Shown here: piece after piece, positions 1 to 9,365 of the stretch
Numbering within the stretch: position 1 is the first letter of the stretch
Layout: the number at the start of each line of letters is the position of its first letter
Assembly (NCBI GenBank): GCA_964603945.1
Contig: CAZRWP010000003.1
Coordinates: forward strand, 6,830 to 70,829
Origin: an uncultured Pseudomonadales bacterium
GTDB taxonomy: Bacteria; Patescibacteriota; Microgenomatia; UBA1400; UBA1396
Length of the DNA stretch: 64,000 bases
Direction: 5' to 3'
Notes under the pieces: model-generated
What the model saw: the letters and a program-made list of their open reading frames with translations, nothing else
Database searches by the model: none
What the model was told of the DNA's origin: nothing
Program-made: the position numbers and the translations under genes

Positions 1-253
1 CCATGGCCATACCCACGCCAGATCGGCAAAGCAGAATTCCCATAACGGTTGGGTCTTGGGTTGGGCTTTCTGCCTGATCAGAAATTGGCTGACTGACCCG
101 CTTAGCGAACTCAGGATAATCATCTTCTGGATTCAATTCGGTCGCCCCACAATCCGTAATTGAAAAGTTTTCCTGACGCAACCAATCAGCTAAATTTTGT
201 TTAAGTTCAAACCCGCCATGGTCACTGCCTATATAAATGTGTGTAATCTTCAT
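1..253 (-). CDS. rpiB: Ribose-5-phosphate isomerase B (RpiB/LacA/LacB family), 3' end runs off the window
   Basis: Manual translation from ATG at 253: MKITHIYIGSDHGGFELK...DDYP...GILLCRSGVGMAM, with the RpiB motifs DHxG, DYP and CxSGxG. ATGA overlap with the upstream ORF. Not in the ORF track. Confidence 0.9.
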   Translation of the reverse strand, partial: MKITHIYIGSDHGGFELKQNLADWLRQENFSITDCGATELNPEDDYPEFAKRVSQPISDQAESPTQDPTVMGILLCRSGVGMAM

Positions 254-663
254 TTATTCCCTTCTGTAGAATTTGAGTTAATCTGAGATTGAACTGCACC
301 AAGTTGTTCAGCTCGATTTGGGTTAATAAGACCAGCTTGACTCATGCCTGGCTGGCCAAGTTTATTTTCTCCAAACTGGCCGACCGGTGAAAATATTCCC
401 TCCCATTCTCTAGTCTGAAATCCCAAGGCCTTCGCCTCTTCTGATCTGGCTGAGGCAGAACCAGCAAGCGTCAGAACCGGCAACTTGAGAATTGCCCGGG
501 GATCTTCCTGCCAAGCTCTCATTAACTGCCAGAGTTGATCGACGCGGTTTTTGTTGGCTGGATGATCAAGATTAACCTCAGTAAATTCAATAGACCGCTT
601 GGTTAAAAAGTGACTGGCCATTACACCGCGCGGACAAGTATCAGAAGTGTACAAGGTATACAT
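250..663 (-). CDS. Glutaredoxin/NrdH-like thioredoxin-fold protein with a single-cysteine CPRG motif
   Basis: N-terminus YTLYTSDTCPRG..FLTKRSIEFTEVNL and LPVL match the glutaredoxin pattern; the second Cys of CxxC is absent. Confidence 0.6.
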   Translation of the reverse strand: MYTLYTSDTCPRGVMASHFLTKRSIEFTEVNLDHPANKNRVDQLWQLMRAWQEDPRAILKLPVLTLAGSASARSEEAKALGFQTREWEGIFSPVGQFGENKLGQPGMSQAGLINPNRAEQLGAVQSQINSNSTEGNK

Positions 664-723
664 TTAGTTTATTCTAGGGTTCTAACTTGATTGAGTCTAG
701 TTGTGGGTAATAGTTGATAGAGC

Positions 724-1071
724 TTAAAACCCGAGCTCAGCGCGCGCTGACTCACTCATTGACTCAAGGCTCCAAGGCGGGTCAAAGGTTAATTCAAGTG
801 AAATGTCGGTGTTGGGGTCAAATGCTTGGGCGGGATCATCATTGGCCAAATCAGCTAAGGCAGATCTAATCATATACTGAAAGGATCCGGCCAGCGGGCA
901 TCCAGGCGTGGTTAGGGTATAACGGATTTGCACCATTACGTGGCCATTTTGCGTTTGATCAGGCGTCAAAACTTTAACGTCATAAATTAGGCCCATAGCC
1001 ACCAAACTAAGATTTGTTTCCGGATCCATAACCTGGTTTAGCCGCTCGTAAATTTGTTCGGTGGTAATCAT
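724..1071 (-). CDS. Metal-sulfur cluster assembly factor (DUF59/SufT/PaaD family)
   Basis: Motifs V.DPE...V.MGLIY, TLTTPGCP and LTFDPPW. Confidence 0.9.
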   Translation of the reverse strand: MITTEQIYERLNQVMDPETNLSLVAMGLIYDVKVLTPDQTQNGHVMVQIRYTLTTPGCPLAGSFQYMIRSALADLANDDPAQAFDPNTDISLELTFDPPWSLESMSESARAELGF

Positions 1072-1093
1072 ATGTTGATAAATCTCAGTGCGA

Positions 1094-2911
1094 TTAGGCG
1101 ACTTTTATTTTTTCCATTTCGGCTAGCGTGGTGATTTGCTCAACTGACTTGTCATCGCGAAACTTTACCAGACGAGGAAACCGTAAGGCCAAACCGGCGG
1201 TGTGCGTAGGAGATTGGGTAATTTCATCGGCGGCTACTTCTACCACAATTCCGGGCGGTAGCATAACGTCTGGCGTTAATAGATCGGGGATTTCTACTGA
1301 TAAATTGGCTGTATTGGCGGAGACACTTCCGCGCTCAGCCAGCACATCATCAGCACGCTGTTTCATCTCTCGCCATTGATCGTCGGTCAAGCCGGTGCCA
1401 ATCTTGGCAATAGTTACCAGGTGATCTGATTTTTCATTCTGAATGGCGATTAAAAATGCCCCTAAACCAAAAGCCGTCCGCTTGCCGCGACCATAATAAT
1501 AACCAACCACCACGGCATCAATGGTGTCGGAAAGTTTAGCGGTTGTTCCTTCAGCTTCCTTAAATTTAACCCAATTGAAAGCTTTGCGACCGGCCTCATA
1601 ATTGCCCTGCAGTTTTTTAACCACTACCCCTTCATAACCATTTAACAACTGCTCTGTATGAAACTCACGGAGTTCAACCGGATCACTAGTTTTGATATAA
1701 GGCGACAACACCAAATCAGCCGAGCGAACTGAACTCAAAATACTTTTTAGCTTGGCTTTTCGTTCTTCCAGCGGGAAACGGAGAAGTGATTTTCCATCCA
1801 GATACAATAGATCAAACACAAAAAAGCGCAAAGGAATTTCCGCCATTACAGCCTCAATATCATGCTTGCGCTTGCGTTTAATTGTCTGCTGAAAAACCAC
1901 CAAGCCGTTGGTGGCCGGATCGTAACCGACAGCTTCGCAGTCCAAAATTACACTTTGCGCATTTATATCCTCCAGCAAGCGCTTGAGCTCCGGAAACATT
2001 AAGGTGTTTTCTTCCAAATTACGGGTAAAGGTGTGCAGTTCTTGCTTGTCAGCGTCCCAATGAATTTGCACGCGCGTACCATCGTACTTAGGTTCTACAA
2101 AAACCTCACCCATCTTGGCGATCATTTCCTGAGAGGTTTTTAACCTATCCGCCAACGCAGGAATTACTGGCACACCCAAAGTTACGTCGAGTTGGGCGGC
2201 GGCTTCCAGGCCGCCGCCTACCACCTTTTCCGCAATAGCGCCGATATCTGGATGCCGCTGGTAAGTTTGATCCAGCACCGCCCGATGCGATTTGTCGCCA
2301 GATAGATACCAAGACAGTGCGTCTAACCAGGTTTTGTCAGAAAATCCGAGCCGCAAATTGCCTAAAACAATGCGCGAAACAAACCGCGACGACAGCGGAT
2401 CTATTTGTTTGAACAATTGCGCCAATTGGTACACTTTTTCTTCCTGACTCCCCTCGCCTGAAGTTTGTGTCAGCTCAATCAAAAAGTTAAAAACTTCTAA
2501 AACATCTAGATTCGATTTTTCAGAATTATCCGCATAACTTTGGTTAGTAAATTGCTCTTTTACCTCCTGAGCCAAACTTCCAATGTCTCCCAACTGTTTA
2601 TAACGCTTACTTAGTCGCTTGAGTTCGGTGGGATCGGCGCCAGCATCACCAAATAATGATTGCCCTTCACTGGGATGTAATTGAGCCAGCGCTCTTAACA
2701 TAAAAGCAATTCCGACATTAGTCTGCGGATTAGCATAGACCGGACCCAGCTGACCCAAGCTTAGATATAGGTAAGGTTTTACTTCTGATGGCTCCGCCAA
2801 ATCAGGCTGAAGTTGTTTTAAAAATTCCGCCAGCAGAGCTGTTTGTTCCAACTTACTACTTGTAGCCTCTAGCGGCTTTAATAGTTTTTGAGAGAATTCT
2901 GAAAAAGTCAT
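1094..2911 (-). CDS. lig: ATP-dependent DNA ligase (archaeal/eukaryotic LigI type, with N-terminal DNA-binding domain)
   Basis: EPKYDG adenylation motif, EGVVVK, WVKFK and ALRFPR; 605 aa. Confidence 0.95.
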   Translation of the reverse strand: MTFSEFSQKLLKPLEATSSKLEQTALLAEFLKQLQPDLAEPSEVKPYLYLSLGQLGPVYANPQTNVGIAFMLRALAQLHPSEGQSLFGDAGADPTELKRLSKRYKQLGDIGSLAQEVKEQFTNQSYADNSEKSNLDVLEVFNFLIELTQTSGEGSQEEKVYQLAQLFKQIDPLSSRFVSRIVLGNLRLGFSDKTWLDALSWYLSGDKSHRAVLDQTYQRHPDIGAIAEKVVGGGLEAAAQLDVTLGVPVIPALADRLKTSQEMIAKMGEVFVEPKYDGTRVQIHWDADKQELHTFTRNLEENTLMFPELKRLLEDINAQSVILDCEAVGYDPATNGLVVFQQTIKRKRKHDIEAVMAEIPLRFFVFDLLYLDGKSLLRFPLEERKAKLKSILSSVRSADLVLSPYIKTSDPVELREFHTEQLLNGYEGVVVKKLQGNYEAGRKAFNWVKFKEAEGTTAKLSDTIDAVVVGYYYGRGKRTAFGLGAFLIAIQNEKSDHLVTIAKIGTGLTDDQWREMKQRADDVLAERGSVSANTANLSVEIPDLLTPDVMLPPGIVVEVAADEITQSPTHTAGLALRFPRLVKFRDDKSVEQITTLAEMEKIKVA

Positions 2912-2943
2912 ACCGTTAGTATACCTGGAAGGTTGATGAAAGT

Positions 2944-3027
2944 AGGATCATCCTTGCGTTTAGTTTCCTTGAGAAGGATCATCCTAGGATGATCCTTCCA
3001 GGCAAGCGGAGGGGCAAGGATGATCCT
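2944..3027. repeat. 84-bp palindromic cassette, family A, copy 1
   Basis: AGGATCATCCT-20nt-AGGATCATCCT-AGGATGATCCT-20nt-AGGATGATCCT. Confidence 0.95.
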
Positions 3028-3043
3028 TCCAGGTTTAAAAAAA

Positions 3044-4144
3044 TTAAACTGCCACATCGGTCAATGAATAAGACACACCCTTGGTCACACCATGTTTGCG
3101 AATTAGGCCCTTATCCATCAGGTCTTTAAGGTCACGTAAAATGGTGTCGGTTGAAACCATCGGCAAAATCTCATTTAAATCAGATGAGGTGACACGACCT
3201 TGCTCTTGCAAGTACTCCATGATAATCAGCTGACGCTCGGTTAAAGCTACCTGCTGGCCAAGCTTCTTTTGCATGCGGAAATCCTGTGACAGTTTTAAAA
3301 CGGACTGCTTAATTCGGTCAAGCTCAATCGCCAAACCATAGGAAAAGTATTCCAACCAGTATGTCATGTCATTATTAGGACTTTCCTGAACTGACTTGAT
3401 CGCTAGGTAATAGTTTTCAATGTCGTTGTCAAAGTATTGCTCCAGAGAGAAAAACCGCTTAACGTCATAGCCTTCGGCATATAACAAGGCCAATGCCATA
3501 GCGCGGGACATGCGGCCATTTCCCTCAATAAACGGATGGATATTCACTAATTCATAATGCATAACCCCAGCTCGAATAATCTTATGCAAACTTAAAGAAC
3601 TAGAATTATTGATCCAGCCCAAAAATTCACTTATTTGCTGAGGAACCTCTTCCGGAGCCGGCGGTCGGTAGGCCACTTGACCACTTTCCACACTGCGAAC
3701 AACTACTCTTTGGGTGCGGTAAACGCCACATTGTTCAGGCGGGACAATTCGGTGCACCGAGATTGAGTGCAAGGTTTTCAGCATGTCTTCGGTGTAGACT
3801 GGCTGACCCTTGAGATTCTTACCCCAGTCATTAATCCAATCCAAAACCGCTCGGTAATTCAGCACTTCCTGAATGTCGCGCTCCTTACCAACTACACCAG
3901 CCTTGCTGGCTACTTCATCTGGGCTTGTCCCCTCAACTGAGAGGACTCTTTCTGCTTGTTCTTCGCTTAATTCATTACCTTCCAGGCGAGTGCCATGATA
4001 AACCGTTCTAACCTTGGCTTCTTGCTGAAATTTCATTTCCCAAGCTGGCACAATTGGCGAGTGACGAATTACTTCGCGAGAGGCCTCGATACTGGAAATG
4101 TATTGAAGAAGATTGTGTGATATCTGAAATTTTGGTTGATACAT
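3044..4144 (-). CDS. Fic family protein with C-terminal winged HTH
   Basis: Fic motif HPFIEGNGRMSR and a C-terminal DeoR-like wHTH (TILRDLKDL). ATG at 4144 is preceded by AGGAGG. Confidence 0.92.
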   Translation of the reverse strand: MYQPKFQISHNLLQYISSIEASREVIRHSPIVPAWEMKFQQEAKVRTVYHGTRLEGNELSEEQAERVLSVEGTSPDEVASKAGVVGKERDIQEVLNYRAVLDWINDWGKNLKGQPVYTEDMLKTLHSISVHRIVPPEQCGVYRTQRVVVRSVESGQVAYRPPAPEEVPQQISEFLGWINNSSSLSLHKIIRAGVMHYELVNIHPFIEGNGRMSRAMALALLYAEGYDVKRFFSLEQYFDNDIENYYLAIKSVQESPNNDMTYWLEYFSYGLAIELDRIKQSVLKLSQDFRMQKKLGQQVALTERQLIIMEYLQEQGRVTSSDLNEILPMVSTDTILRDLKDLMDKGLIRKHGVTKGVSYSLTDVAV

Positions 4145-4315
4145 GGGTATATTTTCCTCCTGCAAGAGAATATTTTAAGTCCTGATGTGAAGGTGGTCGG
4201 CGATCACATTAGGTCTTCGGGTTAAGTATCACCTTTTATTGCAGAAATTGCAAGGAAGAGTTGATTCATGCCGGAATAAATCAAGAATAGATTTGGCAAT
4301 TTGATAAAAATTGGA

Positions 4316-5329
4316 TTAAGTTTTATTCACTGACGACATTAAATTAGCCCAACTTAGGGGCAGCTGATTAACTAAATCCGAGGTGTTGTACATCGCTCTA
4401 CTCTGGGTATATAGCTGATGACCAGCTAATTTACAAAGATAACTACCCACAACCGCCGAAGCAAATGGCTCTGATTTGGCGGCCAAGCCTGCCACCAAGC
4501 CAGCTAGAACATCGCCAGTACCACCCTTGGCCATGCCGGCATTTCCGCCGACCACCGCCACAATCTGCTGATTATTCCAGATCAAATCAGCCTGTCCTTT
4601 AATTATTAGATTGGCGTTGTTTAGTTTGACCGAGACCGCCAACATCAAATCCGCTAAATCTGATGGGAGAAATTTATTTAAATCTTTCCGCTCAACCAGC
4701 ACTGGCTCCAGCGACTGCTCTTTGCCAAATGCCCACACTCCCAATTCTGACTGCACTTCTTTAAGCTGATCAGCAAAATTTGCCAAGGAAGGCGAAAGTC
4801 TTTTAGTTAAATCGGCTAATTCCCGCTGATGAGGTGTCAAAACACTATTAGGTGGTAACCAGCTAGGCCGAACAACTTGCAAGGCGCCGGCATCAATTAC
4901 CCAATGCTTATCAGGAAAATGCTTAAGCACTACCGCTGTAACAGCCTGAGTATCAAACTCCCAGTCCAGCTCATTAAGATCTTCCCAGCGCAAACTGCTC
5001 ATCTTTTCCAGCTTGAATCTGGAACGAAAATCGCGGCGCATACCTGGACCCAACAAAACGCTGTCAGCTTCCTGCAAATAATTAGACAAATCCAATCGCC
5101 TAACCACCACTCCATCCTGAATCCCGATTTTTGCCTCCTGAATGATTTCATTATTTTCCGCCACTGAACTGTAAAACGTCATGTCAACAATGCGCGAGAT
5201 AACTTGAAAGCTCCACTGACTGGCGGCGTGGAACAGATCGCTCCCGCCAATTATTAGAGTGCGACCATTGACTCCCTTATGAGAATCGGCTGGCGGTTCG
5301 TAAATCTGTGCAAGATAAGTTTGAATCAC
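4316..5329 (-). CDS. nnrD: ADP-dependent NAD(P)H-hydrate dehydratase (YjeF C-terminal/carbohydrate kinase family)
   Basis: SHKG.NG.TLIIGGS, LGPG, VIDAGAL, LTPH..E and GGTGDVLAG. Confidence 0.85.
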   Translation of the reverse strand: MIQTYLAQIYEPPADSHKGVNGRTLIIGGSDLFHAASQWSFQVISRIVDMTFYSSVAENNEIIQEAKIGIQDGVVVRRLDLSNYLQEADSVLLGPGMRRDFRSRFKLEKMSSLRWEDLNELDWEFDTQAVTAVVLKHFPDKHWVIDAGALQVVRPSWLPPNSVLTPHQRELADLTKRLSPSLANFADQLKEVQSELGVWAFGKEQSLEPVLVERKDLNKFLPSDLADLMLAVSVKLNNANLIIKGQADLIWNNQQIVAVVGGNAGMAKGGTGDVLAGLVAGLAAKSEPFASAVVGSYLCKLAGHQLYTQSRAMYNTSDLVNQLPLSWANLMSSVNKT

Positions 5330-5418
5330 CTAACTAGTATAAGTACAAAACCGAAGAAGTTCTACGTAGGGCTGAGTTTGGGGGGATGAGTTTTTTGTGG
5401 AGGGGTAAATTTGGATCG

Positions 5419-5572
5419 GTTGATTTTGAGGGGACTGAGTTTGTGGGTTGATTTGGGCGAGTTGATTTTGAGGGGACTGAGTTTGTGGGTTGGCTGAATT
5501 TGAAGTCTGAATTTGGCTTGGCTGATTTAGGATTGGCTGATTTAGGGTTGACTAATTTAGGATTGGCTGATT
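5419..5572. repeat. Degenerate tandem repeats: two 32-bp copies with a 42-nt period, plus about four 15-nt units
   Basis: GTTGATTTTGAGGGGACTGAGTTTGTGGGTTG at 5419 and 5461; TTGGCTGATTTAGGA-like units at 5518-5572. Confidence 0.85.
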
Positions 5573-6641
5573 AGGCTGTTTTGGCTTGGTTGAGGATTTC
5601 TACATCTAGACTCACTTGTTCAGGCACTTCTTGCCCGGGGACAGTCGTAACAATTGCCTGAATTCCCTTGGTAGCTTTCAAAAGGTAGCGACAATTTTCA
5701 TCATCCAATTCTGAAAAAACATCATCTAGAAGCAAAATCGGATCTTCACCAAGTTTTTCCCGCAAATACTCCACTTCTCTTAATTTAAACCAAAGCAAGC
5801 TGAGGCGTTGTTCACCCCTTGAACCAAATGTAGTAATGTCGCGCCAATCGTCGTTGCGCTCAATCATAATTCGCCAGTCATCTTTATGCGGACCTACTAA
5901 TGTGTGTCCAGCCGCCACTTCCTGATTGGCATACTGACGCAGACGGGCTTCAGAAATTATGGAGTGATCATACTCAAGCTGATATTTTTCACGAATCCCC
6001 GGATCAAGCTGGAGCCAGTTGAGATAAGTTTGGCGCTGATCATGAAGGTAGGTGCCGTTTTGGATTAGCAATCTATCCCAGTAAAAAAAGTCCTGACGAG
6101 TGGCTTCATGGTCGCGTAGTTGAAGGATTAGCTTGTTGCGGCGGCGCAGAGCTTGCTCATACTGCGTGAGCGCACGACGGTATTTGGGATCCGTTTGAGT
6201 GAGAATATCGTCCAGGAGCTCGCGGCGTGCCGCTGGCCCCACCTGAAAAATCAACATATCCTCTGGCGTGAACAGCACAGTCGCCATCTCGCCGACAATG
6301 TCGGCGCGCCGCTTCCCTACCCCGTTAATTTTGTAGGTGCGTCGGGCAGTTTTCTTGCCTTGCAGTTGGCCGTGAGTCAGGACTTGCTCCAGCTCCACCT
6401 TCTCACCGCTCTCATGAAGAGAGGTCGATTTGAGGCGCGCCAGGTCAGCTTGCCATTCAATCAGCTCCTCGGTTTTGCCCGTGCGCCAACTTTTACCGGT
6501 AGACAATAAGCGAATCGCTTCGATTAAATTAGATTTACCAGAACCATTGGGCGCAACAAAAACATTGAGGCCCGGCTTGAACTGCCAGACCTGTTCCTCA
6601 ATTGATCGAAAATGCTGAAGCCACAGCCCTTTAATAAGCAT
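5571..6641 (-). CDS. recF: DNA replication/repair protein RecF
   Basis: Walker A PNGSGKSN, GPHKDD, SRGEQR and LLLDDVFSELD. Start taken at MLIKGL (6641). Confidence 0.92.
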   Translation of the reverse strand: MLIKGLWLQHFRSIEEQVWQFKPGLNVFVAPNGSGKSNLIEAIRLLSTGKSWRTGKTEELIEWQADLARLKSTSLHESGEKVELEQVLTHGQLQGKKTARRTYKINGVGKRRADIVGEMATVLFTPEDMLIFQVGPAARRELLDDILTQTDPKYRRALTQYEQALRRRNKLILQLRDHEATRQDFFYWDRLLIQNGTYLHDQRQTYLNWLQLDPGIREKYQLEYDHSIISEARLRQYANQEVAAGHTLVGPHKDDWRIMIERNDDWRDITTFGSRGEQRLSLLWFKLREVEYLREKLGEDPILLLDDVFSELDDENCRYLLKATKGIQAIVTTVPGQEVPEQVSLDVEILNQAKTA

Positions 6642-6669
6642 CTGGGCATAAGATATCACACCTGGCATT

Positions 6670-6846
6670 GTTCGCCTCAATCTGGATATAACAGCTATGC
6701 CCAGATCACACCCTTGTCTTTTATTAGTTTTTAGACCCTAAACTTGCCCTAATTTAACCAAAAAAACTAACAAAAAATCTTGAAATATTAGAATTTTGAC
6801 AAGGGTTCAATCTGGAGATAATCACTATATCCAGATTGAGGCGAAC
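6670..6846. repeat. 177-bp long inverted-repeat element (family C): 49-bp arms around an AT-rich core
   Basis: GTTCGCCTCAATCTGGATATA (6670-6690) is the exact reverse complement of 6826-6846; inner pair ACCCTTGTC/GACAAGGGT. Confidence 0.85.
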
Positions 6847-6850
6847 TTGT

Positions 6851-8635
6851 TTAACGCTTAAGCACGGCCATGAAAGCCGATTGCGGAATCTGCACCTGTC
6901 CGATTTCTTTCATGCGCTGCTTGCCGGCCTTCTGCTTTTTGAGCAGTTTTTCGCGTCGGGTTTTGTCGCCACCATATAGCTTGGCGGTCACATCTTTACG
7001 GTAGGACTTAACGGTTTCCCGGGCGATAATCTTGCCACCGATGGCGGCTTGGATCGGGATCTCAAATTGCTGGCGGGGAATTGTTTCTTTGAGTCGCTTC
7101 GTGATGGCGCGTGCAATCCTATCAGCTTGTTCGCGGACCACGATTTGCGACAAAGCCTCTACTTCTTCGCCATGAACCATAATGTTTAATTTAACGGCGC
7201 TTACGGACTCGTAGCCGGTAATGACATATTCCAAAGAGGCAAAACCGGAGGAAACCGACTTCAGTTGATCATGGAAATTCACAATTAGCTCCATTAAGGG
7301 AATTTTGAATACGGCTTTTACGCGGGTGCCGACATCAGCAACTTCCTGCAAGCGGCCGCGATGATCTTCAACTAACTGCATAACCGTGCCCAAATACTGG
7401 CGAGGCGTAAAGATCGTGGCCTTAGTGATTGGCTCACGCAGTTCTAGAACCTGACTGGGATCCGGATATTCACTGGCATGATGAATTGTTTCAATTTCAT
7501 GATTGGTCAACTCTACTTCGTAAGGCACCGATGGCGCGGTTGCCACTAGATCTAAATCGAATTCTCGCTCCAGGCGCTCTTGAACAATTTCTGCATGCAA
7601 AACTCCTAAAAAGCCGACCCTCATGCCATTTCCCAGGGCAGTTGAGTGAGTACCGGTGAATTGTAAGGCCGCGTCATGCAGGCGCAGTTTGTTAATCGCT
7701 TCTTGAAGCAATATAAATTCATCACCGTTGGTTGGATACAAATCCAAATAGACCATTGGTTGAGGAATCTTGTAGCCCGGCAGTGGTTTTACCTTATCCG
7801 CGTTGGAAGCCTGGGTGATGGTGTCGCCAACCTGCACCATGGCGACATCCTTGAGTCCGGTAGCAATATAGCCAACTTCCCCAGCCTTGAGCGACTCAAC
7901 CGAACGGCGGTCTGGGCCAAAAAAACCAATTTCGGTGGGGGAAAATTTGTGATGATTGGCCAAGAGGGAGAGAGGCGCGCGCCGCAGTTCGCCTTCGATG
8001 ACCCGCACGTAAGCTATCACGCCCTGATGGACATCATAAAGCGAGGTGAAAACCAGGGCGCGCGCCGCCTGGTCCACCGGCTCTGGCGCCTCAGGAATTT
8101 TATCGACTATCACTTCAAGTAGGCGGTCAACATTGAGGCCTGACTTAGCTGACACCTCAACCATATCGCTTTCATCAAAGCCAAATGTCTCCATTAGTTC
8201 TAGCGTCACACTTTCCACGTCGGCGGCCGGCAGATCAATCTTGTTAACAACCGGAATAACTTTTAGGTTTAGCGCCTTAGCTTTTTCATAATTAGCCAGC
8301 GTTTGGGCTTGAATACCTTGAGTCGCATCAACCACCAACAAGACTCCCTCGGCGGCGGCCAGCGAACGCGACACTTCGTAACTAAAGTCAACATGTCCTG
8401 GTGTATCAATTAAATTTAACTGATATCGCTTATTTGTCCGAGGATCCTGCCAATTCATGCGAACCGGCGCCATCTTAATAGTGATGCCGCGCTCCTGTTC
8501 AATCGGATTTGAATCCATTAGGCGCTCGGAAAATTCACGTACGCCAATCGTGCTGGTCGCCTGCAACAGGCGATCCGTCAGCGTCGTTTTGCCATGATCA
8601 ATATGAGCGATAATCGAAAAGTTACGGATTGACAT
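6851..8635 (-). CDS. lepA: Translation elongation factor 4 (LepA)
   Basis: IRNFSIIAHIDHGK, DTPGHVDF and the C-terminal KDVTAKLYGGD. Confidence 0.98.
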   Translation of the reverse strand: MSIRNFSIIAHIDHGKTTLTDRLLQATSTIGVREFSERLMDSNPIEQERGITIKMAPVRMNWQDPRTNKRYQLNLIDTPGHVDFSYEVSRSLAAAEGVLLVVDATQGIQAQTLANYEKAKALNLKVIPVVNKIDLPAADVESVTLELMETFGFDESDMVEVSAKSGLNVDRLLEVIVDKIPEAPEPVDQAARALVFTSLYDVHQGVIAYVRVIEGELRRAPLSLLANHHKFSPTEIGFFGPDRRSVESLKAGEVGYIATGLKDVAMVQVGDTITQASNADKVKPLPGYKIPQPMVYLDLYPTNGDEFILLQEAINKLRLHDAALQFTGTHSTALGNGMRVGFLGVLHAEIVQERLEREFDLDLVATAPSVPYEVELTNHEIETIHHASEYPDPSQVLELREPITKATIFTPRQYLGTVMQLVEDHRGRLQEVADVGTRVKAVFKIPLMELIVNFHDQLKSVSSGFASLEYVITGYESVSAVKLNIMVHGEEVEALSQIVVREQADRIARAITKRLKETIPRQQFEIPIQAAIGGKIIARETVKSYRKDVTAKLYGGDKTRREKLLKKQKAGKQRMKEIGQVQIPQSAFMAVLKR

Positions 8636-8729
8636 GATTTGCTTGATATTCTTTTAGTTTTTCCCGATATTTATATTAATACTTCCAGAATCACCGATTA
8701 TACCTTGAGTAATGATTATGAGATAACAA

Positions 8730-8813
8730 AGGATCATCCTTGCGCTTGGTTTCCTCAAGAAGGATCATCCTAGGATGATCCTTCCAGGCAAAAGGAGGGG
8801 CAAGGATGATCCT
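8730..8813. repeat. 84-bp palindromic cassette, family A, copy 2
   Basis: Same four 11-mers and 20-nt spacers as copy 1; lies between the divergent lepA and pilin-like genes. Confidence 0.95.
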
Positions 8814-8858
8814 TGTCCATTATTATGACGCGAATGAATGATACAATTTCCGCAGACT

Positions 8859-9293
8859 ATGACTTTGTCAAAATTCATCCGCCGATCAACTTTAACCGCA
8901 ACTGCCTTAACTTCATTGCTAACTGCCTCGCCTGCTTGGGCGCAAGGCGCTTGGGAACAGGGTCGCTGTGTTACTACGGTTCAAATGGGCGAGAGTGCAA
9001 ATGCTGTAACAAAAGAAGTCGCCACCTTTAGAGGAATTGAGTGCTTGCTCGCCAATGTTTTAAATGTGGCCGTCACTTTTGTTGGTCTAGCCGCTTTTGT
9101 CATGATTATTTATGGTGCCTTTTTATATTTAACCAGCGGCGGCAGTAGCAAGGGCACTGAGGCCGGCAAGCAAGCCCTGACTTACGCCATCATTGGTATT
9201 GTCGTGGCTTTAATGGCCTTCTGGATACTCAATCTTATTGCTACTTTCACCGGTGTCAGCGGCATTTTAAACTTTAGTTTGTCTCTAGATTGA
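8859..9293 (+). CDS. TrbC/VirB2-like pilin of the CPR type
   Basis: Signal peptide ending AWA, a Cys pair, and two hydrophobic helices joined by G..YLTSGG....A.QALTYAIIG. Start 8838 is also possible. Confidence 0.75.
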   Translation: MTLSKFIRRSTLTATALTSLLTASPAWAQGAWEQGRCVTTVQMGESANAVTKEVATFRGIECLLANVLNVAVTFVGLAAFVMIIYGAFLYLTSGGSSKGTEAGKQALTYAIIGIVVALMAFWILNLIATFTGVSGILNFSLSLD

Positions 9294-9365
9294 GACTTAA
9301 ATTAATCAGCCATTGTCCACCTCGCTCTCTTGTGTCTCTCGAGATTTCACGTACAATAGTTTTAC

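Noticed and set aside
2944-3027. 84-bp cassettes or the 47089 tandem read as mini-CRISPR arrays
   Set aside because: Units are only 11 nt, half are inverted, spacers are homologous between copies, and no cas genes are present.
9343-9358. TTTCACGT resembling a parS half-site
   Set aside because: Only half of the 16-bp palindrome matches, and it overlaps a -10 box.
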